Shown: piece after piece, positions 59,259-64,000 of the stretch
How the letters are laid out: each line of letters opens with the position of its first letter
How positions within the stretch are numbered: position 1 is the first letter of the stretch
From: the human T2T-CHM13v2.0 reference genome, Homo sapiens
Direction: 5' to 3' (one strand)
NCBI RefSeq assembly: GCF_009914755.1
Contig: NC_060928.1
DNA length: 64,000 bases
Notes under the pieces: generated by a model
What the model was told of the DNA's origin: nothing
The model's database searches: none
Seen by the model: only the letters and a program-made list of their open reading frames with translations
Position numbers and translations under genes: made by a program

Positions 59259-61499
59259 GCCTTTACCCACCAAATCTCTCACCTTCTTTTCTCAAGCCTG
59301 TTCTTGATACCTCAGTCTTTTCTGCTGACTTCATTGTGTAGCCTCTGAGTTTTGGCTCTAAACTTAGCAGAGAATGGATAGATGATCTGACCTTTTCCTC
59401 TGGTTTCTGTGATCATAGAATTCTCTACGAAAACATTTCAGGATGGTGGTGGATGTTTTGAGACCAGGAGCATTACAACTGCTTTTGGTGGGATCTAACC
59501 ATGCAGGACGTGGTGCAAATTTCTATCTCTCCAAATGACACTCTTTGTATTTTTTCTCTGTGAACTGGCTAATGGTACAATAAAGCACCATTTCTGTTTG
59601 TTTATTTCTAAATTTCAGCTCGAAATTGACAACATAATCTCAGAGATATTACCCATGCAATTATAATAAATCTTGAGATCAATATACCAATAGCATATTT
59701 TTCAAAACATGATTACAATTTTGCAAAATTTATTCTGATGGAAGCCTAAGATGTCATCAAACTTCTAGAAGATCTGAAACCATTTAACTAATTTTGAGTA
59801 GGCCTTAATACTGAGAGCGAAGCTGGTCCACTTCCTTATTTCTTTCATTGAAATGATAATTAAAGCATCTCCACTCTTAAGTGATTGAACCCATGCTGAT
59901 TTTCACAGATGTGGTTGAAATAAAATCAGACCAAAAAAAATGTATGGCTTTTTACTGAACTCTTCGAGATTAAATCTACACAACTTTGCCAGCCTAATTA
60001 AACATATGTGAATATGTAAACAGCATAGTGAAAACTCTATTTAAATAAAAAGCTCTGAATTCTGAGTTGCAAGTCTGATGAGAGTAATATTACTGAATCA
60101 ATTTTTTTCTTCATAAAGCTTACTTTTCACATGACCCAGTTCCAGAGAGCTTCGAAATTTATGGTTCAATTTAATTTTATTTAACTATGGTCATTAAAAA
60201 GACCACAAATTTGCCATTAATCACTGATTATATTCAATCAGCATTCAAGGTGACTTATGTTTTCTCACTACTTGCTACATTACAATTTGCCAAACAGGTT
60301 TCCTGGCACGAAATGGAACACTTATCTGTAAGTAGTTGGAGATTTCAGTTCAAACAGTACTAAGTACTTATTGATTACACTTTCTAATACTTTTTCTCTT
60401 AAAGACCCAGATTATTACTGACTACAGATATGTTTATATTTCTAATTCTAGAAGATGAAAATTTTTTCTTGGTGCTGTGGTGACAAAATGGTAAATTCTA
60501 CAAATGACACCCAAACCGGTTTCATTGTTTGAATCATTCTCTATAAAGAAAACTTTAAATTTCTACTGCGATTTGGCACAATGTTCTTTCAAATCATCTT
60601 TTCTTGTGTTGATAAAGGCAACAGCCTGAAGGCAGGGCCCTCATGTCATTCATCTTAATGTCCCCTGTACACTGTGCCTGATTCACAGAAGATAATTCCT
60701 CTGTGTAAAGGGATTTTGTATATTCTCTGAGTGAGATATTATATATTATGTTGTAGCAATCATTTTTACCTCTTCCTCCCACCCTATACTAGATGAGATG
60801 AAAAGCTCAAAACAATATATTTCAGACCCTTCTATGGCTATGTTTATGGATACAGTGGAAGTTTTACCAATAGGACACAGAAATGCAAGGCTTGAAAGGT
60901 GAATGGTGAAGGGGAATAGAACCCCAGGTTACCACCCCAGAACAGGAGATGCCGTGCTCCTCCCCAGTGCAAATGGTGTGAACTTCCATGGCTCCACACC
61001 GGTGCATACTCCTCCCAGTGCACAGGATGATTGGAGATTCTCCAGGGACCTCTTTATACTTCGTTGTCTCAATACCATTAGGTAATATCTTTACTGCAAA
61101 AAAGGAGATCCCAAATTCTGATATTATGTCAAATAAACTCCACTGATTCCCAAGCATCTTTATGAGTTAGCATTGCTAGAATTATATTTAAGGTCAAGTT
61201 CTCAGACATTGATAGGCACTGTTTGCCAAAGGGAACATGAATCCAAGGAAAAACATGGCACATCTTGTTGGAGCATCCATTGCATTCAGTGCAAAGAAAT
61301 TTCAAATACAATTTTTCAAACAAAGAGTTACATTATGGAGTAAAAAGCTAAACTAGATGAATTTGTAAGATAAGACATGAGATTTTAATGCAATTTCTTC
61401 CCCATTATTTCCCATATACATAGAAAATAAGTGCTCAGGAGTTCCCTTCTGTGACTCCTAAAGAAGATTTAGCTCTTTTGTTTCATGGGTTGAGAGAAG

Positions 61500-62400
61500 A
61501 AGCTTCGCTCATAATCCTGGCCCTTTAGACCCTCAATTTCTTCATTACAAAGTAAGAAACAATGGTGCATGCCCTACCTACCTCAATGAGCTGTTGTGAA
61601 ATAATACATGAGGCAGCTATAGAAAATGATTACGAATATGAACTCTGAAACTTGATAGCTAGAATTCAAATAACAGCTCTGTCATTTTCTGTCTCTGTAC
61701 CAGTGGAAAAATTCATTACTTTTGGTTTCAATTTTTTCATCTTAAAAATGGGGATGTTTATGAATAATAATACCTGCCTCATCAAGCTGTTAAGGGAACC
61801 CTATGATCTGATGCAAATAAAAGTTCTTAGAATAGCACATGTCACATAAGATCTTATTATTTGTTATTATTAAAAGGTAGAGCCATTTTGAGTGACATCT
61901 TTCCTATTAATAATGTTAATAACAAACATATATTAGGTGCTTCTCCAGTGCTAGAGGTCTAATATGCATTATGTCATGAAAAACAACCTTAGGAAATAGG
62001 TGCTATTATCAATAGTTTACAAATAAGAAATTTAAAAATGGAAAATGGATAAAAGCTTGCTCTAGGCTGAAAAAAAGAAACAACCAAATAAACAGTGGGC
62101 TTGGAACGTGAAAGCTTGATTCTGACTTTGGAACCTGTTCTGTCACCTGACTATGGAATTCAGGTCTTCTTCAGAACAAGCACAGATGGGCAGTGATGAG
62201 GAAATGACAGATCACCTATATCAAACACCATATGTCAAACATCAATCTAGACTATGACATATCCCATCTCATTTAACTCTTGGAATAACCACACAGTGTT
62301 GAGATTCTTGTGTCTATTTTTTTAGAGATAAAGAAAGAGGTAGGACTAGGATTCCAATCCATGTGTATTTGCCTGTAAATCTCTTGTTATTTCTACTACC
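61500..62400. mobile_element. Cluster of MIR fragments (both orientations)
   Basis: Repeated MIR cores, e.g. TTCATCTTAAAAATGGGATG...TAATACCTGCCTCA (+) and AAATAGGTGCTATTATC...TTTACAAATAAGAAA (-). Confidence 0.6.
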
Positions 62401-63329
62401 ATTGTTCTATTAATTTTAATCTGAAAGAATCTGAAAAATCAGTTATCTGCCTCACATGAACCCCTAGAATATAACCTCACATGAGAAGGGATGAAAAATT
62501 CACACTACAGAAATTTCAGATGGGCTAAAAGCCAGAAAATGCTATTAGAAAATGACTTGTTTTGACTTTTAAAAAACTAGTTGGAATTTAATGATTGCTA
62601 GTTTTTAATGCACATCTTACATATAGAGTTACACCCCTTATTGCGTGACTCAGTGTAAGACGACACTGAATTACTGTTATCACTGCCGTTGAGTTAAATA
62701 TGACCCAATGCTGTAAATGTGTTCTGCAGTATGTTACACTAAAAGCCTGACTAATCATTTGCTTATGTTTGTTGAATCAAATACAACTAGGCTAAATTCA
62801 TTCCACTGTCTTCTTTCAAGCTGATAGGGTGGCTTTATCGAGCTACTAAAAGGAGATGAATGAGCAGAGGCTAAAAGAATTCTGATTCTTTTTTCTGTAA
62901 CAAACATCACACAGTAAACCTTCAAAGGACAGGGGGATCAATTTCTTTCAGTCGTCAGTGAGGACACAATAAGTGACCTGGTCAAGGGAAGAGAGGCCTG
63001 AAAATGGCCTCTCTCCTGATGTCTCTCTATTTCAAAAGAGTGGATGATGTCGCTTCTATTTATAAACTCATCTGAAAATGCATGAGCTTTGCAAGGCCTT
63101 TTTTTTTCCTTTGTGGCTGCATCTTGAAAGGGCATAAATTAGAATAACAACATCAAATAACCTAATATCTTGGCATCAACAAAGGCAATTTATAGAAACT
63201 TGAATTTACTATCAAGCAGTAAAGAAAGGCACATAAAGGGGGCATAGAGGCATCTTGATTTTGTAAGGGGTGAAGGCACTTTGACTAAGCAGAAATCTGT
63301 AAATTGCTAGTTGATAGATGACAAGCTGA

Positions 63330-63550
63330 GGCTGTTAGGAGGGGGAGCCTGGGCTTTGGTGGTGGGTGGACACACCCACTAGTTGTGCCACCTTGTGGAA
63401 GCTATTTACCTTTTGAATTTCATTGATCTTATCTATAGAATTGGAGTAATACCTCACAGGATTATTGTAAAGGCTAAACAACTAACATGCTTGAACACCT
63501 AGTAGAGTGTCTAACCAATAGCAGTAGATGCTCAATAAATAGTAGCTAGT
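63330..63550 (+). mobile_element. MIR
   Basis: GGAGTAATACCTCACAGGATTATTGTAAAGG...GTAGATGCTCAATAAATAGTAGCT. Confidence 0.75.
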
Positions 63551-64000
63551 GGTATTAGTGTCATCACCACACTACCACCATCATCATCATAGTTGTATGC
63601 AAGAGATCAGAAACCATTGCCATCAAAGTCTGGTTGCATTAATTTGTCCAAATCTATCACATAGACAAGTTGGTTTTGACGGTTTTCAGTCACTGATTCT
63701 TTTAAAAATAAAATCTTGCGAAAACCCTCCAAATATAAACCATGTGACCCAGCTTTAGAGATTGGGCATTGAAAGTATATAATGAGAAAAGGAGAGCAAG
63801 AACACATACTTTTACAGGGATTCTGAGCTGGCACCCCCTGCTTCTCTTATATGAAAGCAGATCTAGACTTTCCAGGCTCTTAAAATCCACAGAGACTAAG
63901 GATCATCCTAGGTCACCCTGTAAATAGCAATCTTGCTTTAGCTGCGGTCCAGCACTCCCCTGGGAGTTATGAGCTTAAACTAAGCCTCGTCTAAAATTTA

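Overview
Human genomic DNA: an AluYb8 insertion, a human-specific subfamily, is present. The window is AT-rich, CpG-poor and dominated by repeats, as expected for intergenic or deep intronic sequence. No host protein-coding gene, RNA gene or CpG-island promoter can be supported. All convincing ORFs derive from L1 or THE1 elements. Main content: a near full-length, disrupted L1PA6-like element that sits in an ancient ERV-L remnant and is itself interrupted by an AluY; an ancient two-LTR MLT1 provirus with nested insertions; three THE1 proviruses; ERV1-, ERVK- and ERVL-type solo LTRs; two 5'-inverted (twin-primed) L1s; 11 Alus; and MIR, L2, CR1 and DNA-transposon fossils. I found no evidence of a new gene system. 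The most notable signals are DNA-repair and recombination footprints (a 25-bp templated insertion with fold-back, a deletion junction with templated filler, an AT-to-GC substitution cluster beside a (TA)24 tract), paired DUX4 motifs and a few enhancer-like unique blocks. Subfamily names come from recalled consensus sequences, not from a database search.
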